Below the pieces are notes generated by a model, which saw only the letters and a program-made list of their open reading frames with translations, was not told where the DNA came from and did not search any database. A stretch of DNA of 61,793 nt, counting the filler, from Chiloscyllium plagiosum (lineage: Eukaryota): the NCBI RefSeq assembly GCF_004010195.1. It is 3 parts of one record of this genome, joined end to end, with 100 filler letters (N's around TTAATTAATTAA, not from the genome) between each part and the next. Parts side by side here need not be neighbours in the genome. Positions count along the whole stretch, not along the records: positions 37,841 to 61,793 come from NC_057712.1; 2 more parts are not named here. One strand, given 5' to 3'. The stretch's first letter is position 1, and every line of letters starts with the position of its first letter. Below, piece by piece: positions 48,241 to 61,159 of the stretch. The position numbers were made by a program, and so were the translations under genes.

Positions 48241-49654
48241 CTTCATTTCTGCTCTGAGTTATTGCTGCCTGTTAATCGTTAAACTGACTGCTGTCTAATT
48301 GCTGGCGCTATCTTTTATTTTGAAGAAGGTTTGCGATTCTTCAAGCCTCCAGCAGCACCTTCGGATCCAGGGATGGTCGAAAGGTCAGGGCCTCTACAAN
48401 NNNNNNNNNNNNNNNNNNNNNNNNNNNNNNNNNNNNNNNNNNNNNNNNNNNNNNNNNNNNNNNNNNNNNNNNNNNNNNNNNNNNNNNNNNNNNNNNNNNN
48501 NNNNNNNNNNNNNNNNNNNNNNNNNNNNNNNNNNNNNNNNNNNNNNNNNNNNNNNNNNNNNNNNNNNNNNNNNNNNNNNNNNNNNNNNNNNNNNNNNNNN
48601 NNNNNNNNNNNNNNNNNNNNNNNNNNNNNNNNNNNNNNNNNNNNNNNNNNNNNNNNNNNNNNNNNNNNNNNNNNNNNNNNNNNNNNNNNNNNNNNNNNNN
48701 NNNNNNNNNNNNNNNNNNNNNNNNNNNNNNNNNNNNNNNNNNNNNNNNNNNNNNNNNNNNNNNNNNNNNNNNNNNNNNNNNNNNNNNNNNNNNNNNNNNN
48801 NNNNNNNNNNNNNNNNNNNNNNNNNNNNNNNNNNNNNNNNNNNNNNNNNNNNNNNNNNNNNNNNNNNNNNNNNNNNNNNNNNNNNNNNNNNNNNNNNNNA
48901 GGGCAGAAGCAGGAATGAAGTTGCTGTTTTTTCTGAGCTATGTTTTCTGAGAGATGGCTCAGGGCAGCTGCTGAGACAGCAGGAGCATTTGAAAGCTCCC
49001 TGTCCAATCGGACACACCAGCTTCAGGAAGCCTAACAAGTCGAAAGCTGAGTTGGATGTGTTGCTCGCTTTGCCTGGATGAACTGATAAGGTGTGAAATA
49101 ATGCACCGTGAAAGTAGATGAAGTGATTTGGCCAGTTTTGTTATTTTATTTATCCCTTGGCTGTTTGTTTGTATGTCTTTTGTGTCAATGGGAGCTGGCT
49201 GGAATCAAATGTTTTGGTCTTTAAGCACTGACATTAACCAGCTCACTATGTTGCTTAATTTTCTCTCTGCTCATGCTATTTTGTGTCTACTAAAGTCTTT
49301 TCTTTGAGATGCAAAACCAGTATCTGGAAGTAAATTATTCACGAAGTCTGGGATTGGTTATTCAAGAGTCTGATCCGAAGTAATGATTGGAGGATTTTGA
49401 CAGTTTAATATTGTGAGTACAGAGCTAGAAAGGCTGCTTTGGTTCAGCTGCCTGTCTCTGTGTCATATCATAATGAAGATGTTTATAAAGTATGATCGCT
49501 GTTGTCATATAGTCATCACGTTATTGACATCACAGGAAGTTATCCAGTCCATCCCAGCTCTCTGTGGAATAATCCAGACATTTCCACTCAGGCCATTACC
49601 ACTCACTATGTTATAAATCCCCATTCTAATTCTCTTGGCCAAAGTTTTAAATCT

Positions 49655-50785
49655 GTCTCCCCCACAAGGAGGCTGGTACAAAAGGTAAAGTCTCAAGGGA
49701 TCCGGGGTGTGCTGGCGAGATGGACACTGCCTTGGTCATAGAAGACAGACATTAGTGGTGGAAGGGTGCTTTATGGAATGAGGATCAGTAGTGAGTGGTG
49801 TTCTGCAGGGATCAGTGCTGTAATATATATAAATGATCCAGAGGAAAATGCAGGTGCCCTGATTAGTAAGTTTGTGGATGACACCAAAATTGATGGACTT
49901 GCAGATGGTGAGGAGAATTGTCAAAGGATTCAGCAGATATAGATAGATTGTAGATTTGGGCAGGGAAATGGCAGATGGAGTTTAATCCAGACAAATGCGA
50001 GGTGATGCATTTTGGAAGAGCAAATTCAGGTGCAAATTACACAATAAATGTCAGAACCCTTTTGAGCACTGAAATATACAGGGATCTGGGTGTACAGGTC
50101 TACAGATCCCTGAAAGTGACAACCACAGGTGGATAAGGTAGTCAAGGCAGCACACGGCACGTTTGCCTTTATCAACCAGGGCACTGAATATAAATGTTGG
50201 CAAGTTACGTTACAGCTGTACAAAACTTTAGTTAGGTCCCATTTGGAAGATTGTGTGCAGATCTGGTCACCACACTACCAGAAGGGATGTGGATGCTTTG
50301 GAGAGGGTACAGAGAAGGTTTACCAGGATGGTGCCTGGTCTGGAGGGTTTTCGTTATGAGGAGAGCTTGGATAAATTCGGATTGTTTTTGCTCAAAATAT
50401 GGAGGCTAAGGGGTGACCTGACAGAAGTCTATAAAATTATGAGAGGCATGGATAAGGTGGTTAGTCAGAGGCTTTTTCCCAGGGTGGAAAGGCCAACTAC
50501 AAGAGGGCACAGGTTCAAGGTGAGAGGGGAAAGGTTTCAGGGAGGAGTGTTGGGAATATTTTTCTCTCAGAGGGTGGTGACTGCCTGGACCGCACTGCCA
50601 GTGGAGTTGGTGGAAGCAGGCACATGAGCAACGTTTAAGATGTATTTTGATAGATACACGAACGGGAGGTCAACAGAGGGATAGACACCCTGCATGGGCA
50701 ATAAGAGGTGGGTCTAATTAAGGATTAGGAATCGGAGCAGGTTTGGTGAGCTGAAAGGCCTGTTCTCGTGCTGTGCTGTATTATC
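49655..50785 (+). mobile_element. 5'-truncated CR1 LINE
   Basis: 'KFVDDTK', 'LYKTLVRSHLEDCVQIWSPHY', 'ALERVQRRFTRMVPGL' and a CR1 tail. Confidence 0.9.
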
Positions 50786-50939
50786 CTTGTAGGATCTGAT
50801 AATAGGAAGCGTTTTTCCTTTCCAGTGTTCAAGCTTGTCATACTCTTGTAGACCTCGATCAAACCTCCCTCCTGTCTCTCTAAGGATTACAACACAAGCT
50901 TACCAACCCAACCTTTTAACTAAATAAAGTGCAGTCACC

Positions 50940-53207
50940 GGGGGAGATTCAAGATGGCAGCAGTCTGAAAAGTCTGCTGTGTTGGGCTCTGTGCCATACC
51001 GCAGGCAAGTTGGGTTCCTACCCTACCCCTCCCATTAGCCACCCCTGAGGGAAGTCTTTAGTACAAAGCAGGCAGAGCACCTAGACCCCCGGTAAATTAG
51101 GGTTTGGAGGCTCTGGAGTCAAAATGAAGAGGACGAAAGGAAAGGGAGCTAGGGGAGTGCAGCAGGCAGAGCATTCCCCTACTGTGTCGGTACACAGCCT
51201 TGACTCCCATGGTGGCGCCTTTAAGCTTGGTGGAGCAGCAGCACCAACTCACGGAGTTTGCAAAACACCATGAAAAATTCAAAACAGTACTGGATCTGAT
51301 TACCGCCATGCGGACAAAACACGAGCAGGAGATCCAGGCGTTGGATCGACGCATGGAAACAGTTGAGAAAAGGACCGTGGCCTCGGAGACTGCGACAAAG
51401 AACTCCGAGGGATGGGTCCGAACCTTGATAGCCCTGGTTCGGGCCTTGATGGAACAGGTCGATGACCTGGAAAATCAAGGTCGGAGAAAAAACGTATGTG
51501 TCGTGGGTCTTCTGGAGCGTGAGGAGGACAAGAACCTGACTGAGTTCCTTGAGAGGTGGCTCCCAGAGTTGCTGGGACTGGAGATCGAGTCGGGCCGGGT
51601 GAGTGTGGAATGGATCCAACAGATCGCCATGCACAGGTCTGGGTCGGATCAGTGCCCCCACCTGGTCCTAGTGCGACTCCAGCACTATAAAGAAAAGCAG
51701 TTCATAATAGAAACGTCCAGAAGACTGGGAAGAGATCCACAGTCTCTGTTTTATAAAACAGCCGAGTCGGCAAATTATAACAGACCATCTGTGGTTAACC
51801 TACGACGGATCACGGCTCTCTGGTCTGCTTTGGACTCTGTGCTCACACATGTGGCGAAAAGAGGGGTCTCCTTTACAAAGCAAAGGCTGTTTGAATATGG
51901 GGATAAGCCATGGGTAGATACCTGGCTCAGCTGGCTAGGAAGAAAAATGCTCCATTGTGTCTGTTAGGGAGAGAACTGGCAACATCACTCGTGAGCTGAA
52001 AAAGATTAATGCCAGATTGTGGGAATTCTATGCGGAGTTATACCGGTTGGAGGGCTGTGGGGATGGAATAACGAGAATGGAATCCTTTTTTGCAAACCTG
52101 GCCCTCCCTGGTAAAAACGCAGATCAGGCCTCCTTTTTAAATGCACCTCTGACAATACATGAGGTGCAAGAGGCAGCAGGGCAGCTCCAAGGTGACAGGC
52201 ACCCAGTCCAGACGGGTACCCGAGTGAATTTGTACAAAGAGTTTATAGACATGTTAACTGAACAACTCCTGGAGATGTATAGTCATTCATATAGCCAGGA
52301 CTACCTTCCACCCTCTCTGAGGGAGACCAATATCTCCCTTATTTTAAAGAAAGGGAAAGACTCTGAGGATTGCGCATTGTACAGACCCATCTGGTTATTG
52401 AATGTAGACTTCAAAATTCTATCAAAGGTGTTGGCTCTGAGGTTGAAAAGGTGTTGTCCGTTATTATTAAAGAGGACCAGACGGGTTTTATCAAGGGCTG
52501 CAGCTCTTCCAATAATATCAGGAGGGTATTGAACATAGTGTAAGTATGACAGCAGAGATTGGTTCCGAGCTTGGTGGTCTCCTTAGATGCAGAAAGGCTT
52601 TTGATCGTGTGGAATGGTCATACCTCTTTGATACTCTAGATCGCCTTGGTCTAAGGGAGGGGCCTTCGCCAGGTGGGTGGCAGTGTTTAGAGAGACCCCA
52701 AGGTGGCGGTTATCATGAATGGGGTCAAATCGAGCAATCTTTGTGTGGGGAGAGGCAGCTGATAGGGATGTCCGCCCTTGTCGCTACCAGCTACCCTGGT
52801 AATTGAGCTGTTGGCGGAGGCCATCGTTAAGCACCCTGAAATAGTAGCACCGAAGGTGGGAATTGGGGAACAGAAAATGCCTCTTTATGCAGATGACACC
52901 CTTCTGTATCTGGTTAACCTGGAGAAGTCCATACCCTGGCTAATACAAATAATTAAATTATTCGGCAGTTTCTTAGGACACAGGATAAATTTTCAAAGTT
53001 GGAAGTCATGCCCGTGGGGGGAGAGGTGGAAGTCGGAAGCTGGAGGACGGAATGGAATTTCCTTTTAGGTGGTCACAAAAAGGTTTTCTCTACCTGGGAA
53101 TTTTGATTATCTCTACCTTCCATCAGCTGTACACAGCTAACTTTGTACAATTGCTTGAGAGAATAAAGCAGGGCTTGCTGCGGTAGGAGGGGTTACCCAT
53201 ATCATGC
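50940..53207 (+). mobile_element. L1 LINE with intact 5' end, ORF1 and RT part; ORF1 end and endonuclease deleted near 51757
   Basis: GGGGGAGATTCAAGATGGC start; 'DDLENQGRRKNVCVVGL'; 'YRPIWLLNVDFKILSK', 'KAFDRVEW', 'YADD'. Confidence 0.88.
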
Positions 53208-53439
53208 CTTGTATAACCAATACACACGCAGCCCCAGTCCCTCTGCACTCTTTCAAATTCTGCTGCTAAATCAACGTGGTCTCTGCCTAGCCCTCCTGCT
53301 GAAATGCATCACCTCATACTGCTCTGTATTCTATCTGACTGGCCACAGCTCGGCCCATTCTGCTAGTCTACCCTTCTGCTGCTACAGGTGATCCGTATCT
53401 TCCTTTCCTCACTGTTTGGCACCCCTCACATCTAACATC

Positions 53440-53734
53440 GTTGTGGTTCTGTTCGCCGAGCTGGGAATTCGTGTTGCAGACGTTTCGTCCCCTGTCTAGG
53501 TGACATCCTCAGTGCTTGGGAGCCTCCTGTGAAGCGCTTCTGTGTTGTTTCCTCCGGCATTTATAGTGGAGGAAATGCCGGAGGAAACATCACAGAAGCG
53601 CTTCACAGGAGGCTCCCAACCACTGAGGATGTCACCCAGACAGAGGACGAAACATCTGCAACACAAATTCCCAGCTCGGCGAACAGAACCACAACAACGA
53701 GCATCCGAGCTACAAATCTTCTCACAGACTTTGA
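53440..53734. mobile_element. Palindromic Poseidon-type pLTR mini-element with two opposed hammerheads
   Basis: Arms 53440-53562 and 53573-53697 are near-perfect reverse complements; TSD ACATCTAACATC at 53428-53439 and 53735-53746; it interrupts a minus-strand CR1. Confidence 0.85.
53476..53515 (-). ncRNA. Minimal hammerhead ribozyme motif (intact core)
   Basis: GCA-CTGAGGA-T-GTCACCT-AGAC-AGGGGAC-GAAAC-GTC-TGC on minus; the plus copy at 53620-53659 has ATC and a helix I mismatch. Confidence 0.72.
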
Positions 53735-54479
53735 ACATCTAACATCATTTACAAATTTTAAGATTTTACTCTACTCCAAGATTTAAGTTATTTATAGACT
53801 GTAAAAAATAACTCCTAGCACCAATCCTTGGAGAATACCACAGCTCACCTCATTCTCTATCCATTAGACAATTCTTTTTATCTAACTGGACACTACCCAT
53901 CTGATCCCAACAACCTCTAAACAGAAAACCAACATTTATTTTGTGCTTTGCCAAGTACATCCTTAAAGTCCAGAAAAATAAGTTCCAATGCATTCCCTTC
54001 ATCAACCATCTCTGACAGTTCTTCAGACAATCAAATAGGTTCATTTAGCATGATCTGCCTTTTGCAAACCAGTATTGGCTGTCCTATTCCTGGGGCTGTA
54101 TTCCAAAACACTGACCCACGGCAATGTTCAATTGCAAACTTTTGAAGCTTGAGGAAGGAATGGGGCTCCAAAAGCTTGCAATTTCAAATAAACCTGTTGG
54201 ACCAAACCTGCTGTCATCTGATTTTTGACCTTGTCTACTCCAGTCCAACTCTGGCACCTCCACATCATTTCCCAGGAAGATTCAAAATGGAAGTGAGAAC
54301 AAATGACATTGCTGTGTGTCCTGGTTCCTGCCCAGTACAGAACACGCTCCTCAAGCACATTAGTGAACCTAATATTCTCTGAGGCAACACATCAGAAACA
54401 GGAGTAGGCCATTCTGCCCCTCGAGCCTGCTCTGCTATTCAATGAGACCATGGCTACTTCCCCTTCTCTAACATTATCG

Positions 54480-54670
54480 GTCACCATTCCTGCCGAAGTT
54501 CCCTCCCATTACATCTCCAGGCTTGATGACACCAATAGTCCTGGTTGGCTTCTCCATAAACTTGAACTCATTCAAAACTTCCACACAGTATCCTGTTCAC
54601 CCATCTCCCCCGCACGTACTGCCCTCCACTGGCTCCCTGGTCCAGCAAACACTTGATTTTAAAATTCCCA
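54480..54670 (+). mobile_element. Ancient L2 LINE fragment
   Basis: 'SRLD', 'LHKLELIQN', 'LHWLP', 'LDFKI' are L2 ORF2 C-terminal motifs. Confidence 0.65.
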
Positions 54671-55159
54671 TAGCTCCACCCCTTGCAGCATCTACAAACA
54701 ATAACTTGTATTTCTATAGAGTCTTTAATGCAATGAAACACCTAAGGCCCTTCAGAGAAACAACATAAAATAAAGCCACACACGGCAAAATTACTTAAAT
54801 GACCAAAAGTGTAGTCAGAAAGATTGAAGAAATGCGTTGAGAGACAAAAGTGAGTTGAAGAAGCTGAATGAGGGAATTACAGAGCGTGATGCTGAAGGAT
54901 TTGAAGTTGTGGTCACCAACACTGGAGTAATTTGGGAATGAACAGATGACCAGAATGAAAGGAGTTAAGATAGCTCAAACAGTTGTGAGACTGGAGGAGA
55001 TTATAGAGTCAGGGAGGGGTTGGGTGATGGTGGCCTTTGACGAAAAGAATAAAAATATCAATGTTAAGAGGTTGGTTGATTGGGAGCTCAGAGGAGTTAT
55101 GGGATTGGATATCCTGCAAGTTGTCATGATCCATGCATTTTGGGAAGAATGCTGCTAGA

Positions 55160-55489
55160 ATTGCATGCGAGACAATCTATTTTTATAATTTACCTTTGCC
55201 CAGGGTGTGTCAATGGGATGTTATTATATTGGAACAGTTAATTAGTCATTAATACCCCTATTATTTTGTTTAACATTTTGATAGGGTTACAGTGATTCGT
55301 TTTTATTTTGTCTGTATTTTAATTGCCGTGTAAAAACAAAGTATATTTTGCTTTAAGGCCTAGTAGTTTTACCAATTGAAATGCATCTGGAATGCAACAC
55401 CTTCGACGTACCTTTAAAATGGGAACAGGTTGGGGATCTTGACTGTCTTCCGAATATCTTGTGAATGGGGTTGGTCTGGTCCGTAACAA
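55160..55489 (+). mobile_element. Possible LTR 3' portion
   Basis: AT-rich segment ending GGTCTGGTCCGTAACA, a typical ...TAACA LTR end; no coding support. Confidence 0.3.
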
Positions 55490-56854
55490 CACCTTTTCAC
55501 ATTTTACAATAATGGCAGATGTTATATAAATGCAAGTTGATGTTCATGTTAGAAGAATACAGCCAATTCCTTTTCTAACCCAATATCTGACCCTTCCACA
55601 ATGGTTCAGGTCAGGCTACTGCATTGCATCTTGTTAAATATGTTGAATATGTTCCAGAAGTTGCTGGAAAAACCCAGCAGGTTTGGCAGCGTTGTGGAGG
55701 ATGGAACAGGTTTGGCTTATACTCATTGGAGTTTCGATGAAAGAGAGATCTTATTGGAACATATAAGATCTAGAATGGATTGACAGGGTGGATATCTGGA
55801 GGAAGATTCTACCTGTGGAGAAGAATAAAGCTTGGAACATAATTAAATAATCTCCATTTTAAGCTATAAACCAGAAGAATTTTTGACTGAGTGTTGTTCG
55901 TGTATGCAACCCTCTTCCCCAGAAGGCAGTGTAGACTGAGTTAGGTTGGCTCTTGATTGACAGGAATGTGAAGCCTCATGGGGTCAGACAGGAAATTGGG
56001 GCTAGGACACCAGTCAAAGCAGGCATGGTCTTCCACAAAGGGCCAAGTGGCCCACTCTGATTTCATGTGGAACTCGCTACTACAGGGAGTGGTTAAAGTG
56101 AATAGTACAGCATTTACAGGGAAGCTGGGCAAGCTTGTGAGGGAGAAGGAGGATAGATTCAGAGGAGGAAGAATGCTCGAGTGGAGCATTAATCCCAGCG
56201 TGGCCCAGAGGAGTGGAAAGACCAGCTCCTCAATAAGCCACATTGAGAAGCTCCAATAACATTCTCCTAGTCATTTTTGAAGTGATCCTTCTATTAGACT
56301 GCAAATCAGTGAAGCCAAGTTACTGGTCTACATAGATATTGCAGAAAGTTTTCACAGACATAATGATAACCTTTCCTCCAGCGTATGATTTGATGAATCT
56401 TTTCTACTGATGATTGCATTGCTCTTGCTGGTCACTTTACCTACCTAGTGATATAGTCGCATGAGAAACATTTCAGAGAAGCTTCACGAGTCTGGTTCCT
56501 GGGATAAAGGAGCTTTGTCACATGGAAACAATCAACAGGTTGGGCTGGGACCCAATAGAGTTTAGAAGATAATCTATTGAAACATATAAGGTGCTGAGGA
56601 GATGTGGCGGGTTGATACTGAGAGAATTTGTTCTCCTTGTGGTGGAGTCAAAAACTCGGGGGTCAGAGTTTAGAAAAGGATCATTCATCTCAGGCTGAGG
56701 TATGAGGAATTACTTTGGAGGTGTGTAAGGCTGTGCGAATCTCTTCCTCAGAGAACAGTGAGGCAGGATCACTGAATCTAACAAAGGCTGACTTAGTCAG
56801 CTTATTCCTGCTCCTATTTCTTCTGTCATGTCTAATTCAAATGGTTCCAGGAAC

Positions 56855-57622
56855 AGATGGAATTTAATCCCTGATAGTGTGAGGTGCTGCATTTACAGAG
56901 GTCTAATTAGGGAATGATATACATAACGAATGGTAAGTTCCTGGGGAGTACTGAGGAACAAAGAGACCTTGATGTGTAAGTCCATCGATCCCTGAAAGTG
57001 GCAGCACAGGTAGACAGGGCAGTGAAGAAGGTATATGGGATGATTGCCTTCATGTAGAATATGGGAACAAGGAAGTCTTGTTCGAATTTTATAAAACATT
57101 CGTTAGGCCACTGTTGGGGGTACTGTGTGCAGTTCTGGTTGCCACACTATCAGAAAGACATGATTGGACCGGAGAGGGTGCAGAGGAGATTCACCACGAT
57201 GTCGCATGGGATGGAAAGTCTCAGTTATGAGGAGGGATTGGATAGACTGGGATTGTTTTCCCTGGAGTAGAGGAGACTGAGAGGGGATCTAATTGAGGGA
57301 TACAACATTAGTAGATTGTGAGAATCTTTTCCCCTGGCATGAATTTTTAAGACCAGAGGACATCAGTTTGGGGGGGTGGGTGGGATCTGAGGAATTTCTT
57401 TCACTCAAAGGGTGGTAGAAATGTGGAGCGTGCTGCCTGAGAGAGATGGACACAGGTAATCTCAAGATTTAAGAAGCATCTGGATAAGCATTTAAAGTAC
57501 CAGGTTATAGTAGGCTGTGGACCAATTGTAAGTAAGTGGGATTAGTGCAGTTTGGTGCTTGTTGGTCAGCACGGAGACAGTGAGCCGAAGGGCCTGTTCC
57601 TATGCTGTACCACTCTATGACT
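56855..57622 (+). mobile_element. CR1 LINE 3' fragment
   Basis: 'YCVQFWLPHYQKD', 'ERVQRRFT', 'LDRLGLFSLE'; tail ending CTCTATGACT. Confidence 0.85.
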
Positions 57623-60600
57623 AACATGGGTCTACGATGTAACTGGGGCTGTGACTAGAGCAGGGGCGGTTACGGGAAGATCCAAGACTCAAACTTCAAA
57701 TTCAGGAGAAAGTTCCAACTGGCAGTACGGCCTATGAGCAAATTTATGGTAATTGAGAAGAAAATAGAATAGATTGAAGGAGAATTGTGGTGAGTTGTTG
57801 AGAGTTGGACAGACTGTATCACGGGATTATAACTTCAAAAAGAAATCTAAAAAAGTATCTGTAAGGGAAATGCATTTCTTGGTTGTAGGGAGTGATTTGG
57901 GGAGTGCGAGATACTTCTTCCAAGCAGCCAAGACCACAATGATGAGCTGAATTGCCTCCTGAGTTCAAGGTGAAATGTGGAACAGTGTGTTGCTTCCACC
58001 TGCTGGTGAGAATACCACAGTGCAGCTCTCCACCAAATCCATGCCAGCAGCAATGGACTTCATTGAATCTTTTTGGATTAGGTAGAGGTCTTGCTGAGTG
58101 GGAGTGTCTGTAAAAGGGGCAGAATTGATCAGTGACGCTTAACGCCTTGAATTCCCAACATACAACAGGCTGCAGCATCACATCAACATTCATACAAGGT
58201 GGTCATACAGCTGCAATCCCAGTACTTTGGCTGCATGGTGGTTAACTTAGCAAGCAGGAATCGAGAGTGCGTCCAGTTGGAGTTTGAAACAAATAAGTGG
58301 GAGATATCCAGGAAGGGGGTAAGGCTGGAGACGTTGGGAACCGCCGCAGTAGGTTATTTGGCCCTTTCAGCTGGCTCTGTCTTGGTTGATCAGACTGTAA
58401 CCTGAACTCCATGTACAATCCCTGCCTCCCTTGTAGATCAAAACCTAACTCTGCCTTGACGTCACAAGGTGATCAGGCAGAGCCAACACATCTTTGTGAA
58501 ACAGAATTCATATTTTCACTAATCTAGTAGATCTTTCAGCTACATGTGCTTTGTCCCACCACCCCAGCCTCTTCCACCTCTATTGCCCCCCCACTGTGTT
58601 GTTCTGCCAATTGCTGACCACCCCCTTACACCATCCTGCTGCCCACTCACTCCTTAGGAGTAACAGTGTCTCTACTACTACCACTTGAAGGGACAGGATA
58701 TGATGGACATTTGGAGAGATACATGAAAAGGAAAGGGTGAGGGGGATACGGGCCAGGAGCAGGTAGGTTCACTTTGGGATTATGTTCAGCATAGACTGGT
58801 TGGAGCGAAGGGTCTGTTTCTGTGCTGTATGACTCCATGAGTGACCCTCCAACAATATGGAGGAACAGCAGAGTGCTCCTGTATCTCAGTGTGACACTAG
58901 GCTGGGCGGTGTATATGTTGAAGCTGAACACAGCCTTATAAAGAGGGAACTATACAGAAACTGCAGCTCTGTAACTCGGATGTTCCACATCCATTCTCAG
59001 CTGCAATGTGGGCATGACAGGATAAAATGCCAAGGGAAAACTGTAGATCCAAAGACTCCCAATCTGTAAAAGTAAATCCGAATCTTTGCCAGGTCGACTG
59101 AAGTTGAGAATCCCCATTCCAATTACGTCCCAAACCCTGGACAATGCGATACACAGCAGATAGGAATACTTAGTTTAATAGCTGTAGTAACATTTCTTTT
59201 TAAATAGCATAAAGCATACATTAAGAATGCAAGTGTTAAATTATTCACCCAAAACTTAACTCGGGTCAAAAAGAAATAAAAAGTGGAATCGGATGGAGGT
59301 GAATGGGCTGATCGACTGAAGGATTCAAATTCACAGTCACCTCAAATTGCTCCCAACACGTGTACAAAAACCTCGGTAAAAACATGACATGGGCCCACTT
59401 ATTCCTGATATTTACTGGAAACGATGTTATAGGGAGACAGAGCGGGGTGTGAGCAAAGAGAGACACCACTAATCCAATGGCTCATGATGGGCAATACCTG
59501 AAAAGGTCTGATGGGATTTGATTGGTTTTCCTGGTCAGGAAGGGGAGCCTGCACTCAGATATCGGTCAGGCGGGAGGAACAAGTGTTCACTGATAGCCAC
59601 ATGGACCATGCGTCAGCAATGGTCATGTGTCAAACACTGTCATAGCGTTTGAACTGTGACAGTACATTCCAATTGGCAGGACACTGGCAGAGCTCCACAG
59701 CTGTTGAAATGCAAACACGTGTGCGCAGTGTCCCATATTATTGCACTGCGGTCATAATCTCAGCACTACGACAATGGCATATCAAAAGTAGCCCTCTATT
59801 AGGGAAGCATTCTCCTCGAAGGTCCATGAAAGGAGAGTGGTCTTCTTTGAAAATCCATTCCCAGGAGTGGGGTGTTGCTGGCTGGGTAAGCATGAACTGC
59901 CCATCCCTGACCCCTTTCCACAAGGCGAAGCTGAACTGCCTTCTTGAACCGCTGCAGTCCATGTGCTGTTGGAGCACCCACAGCATTGATCATGGAGGGA
60001 GAGCCAGGAGTTTGGCATAATGCTGAAGGAATGGGGATATATCTCCTAGTCAGAACAGTGAGTAACTTGGAGGGGCACTTGCAAACAGCAGCTGTCAATC
60101 CAAAACAACACAGAAGATGCAGACAGCCTGGAGGTGACAAAATGTAACAGAGCTCAGGCAGCCTGCTCCATCCGTCCCCCTCCCATTCTCTGCATCAGCA
60201 TGGACTGTGGGAAGGGAACACAGTCATTATCTCCTGGCCTGCTCTCACTTGCAGCCAAACACAATGGCAAAAGATAGGCTTCAGCACCTCACCACAGGCC
60301 GTACCTGGCCCAGGGCGGGTGCAGAAAGGAATTAGGGGATTGCAACTCGATTTAAACTAGATCCAGTCTGACATTTTGCTTCCACATCAACAGAATAATG
60401 GAGCTGGGGTAAGGATTCAGGCTAAGAGTCTTCCAGGGTCTGAATCTAACTGCAACTACTCTGTTCTGCACCATAAGAATCAAGTGTATCCTCAGCTCCA
60501 CCCTTGGGTAATGGTGAACTCACAAAGTGAGGGGATAATCATAATGTTGCATTGGCCTCAAAGTACTGAGGGCAGGCTGAGTATATTTAGCCAGTCTGCC

Positions 60601-61145
60601 TGCTCTCGATGGCTGTACAGTCACTCTGGACACTCCCTGGGAATGTGGGAAGCAGCTGATTGGGGATTCAGTGTAACTTCTGTACCTCGCCCCTCCCCCC
60701 ACCCATTCCCTGATCAGAGACCCCGTTAACATTGGCACAGTGAGAGGAGTCACCTCATTGGTAAGAACTGTTGGCATCTTCAGGACGGTCTCACAAGGAG
60801 ATGTGCTGTGGAAGACATAGGGAGGATAGAGACAAAGAAATACTTTTGAAAACAAATTATCATGGCACCATCTCAGACTTACATTGAGTTTCTTTAACTG
60901 CATCTTCTTTCAGTTTTTATTGTTGGGCCTCACTCCGATCAGCCCGTGTCCCCCGTCCTACCCACCCACCCCTTTGAAAAGGTGTAAAGGCGTGTGCCTT
61001 CAGCTTGAAATAAGCACCCTCGCAGTGTCCTCCCCTTCATATAACAAAGGGTTCCCACATTAGTTCTGAGTGCACTGTCCAGACAAGGCGTGCTGGCTTC
61101 ATTCAGCCTTTGGAAGAACAGAGTCGATACAATTGCACTTCGTTA

Positions 61146-61159
61146 CCACCAGGGGGCAG
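61146..61159 (+). promoter_or_regulatory. Candidate CTCF core site
   Basis: CCACCAGGGGGCAG closely matches the vertebrate CTCF core consensus and lies in non-repetitive-looking sequence. Confidence 0.45.
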
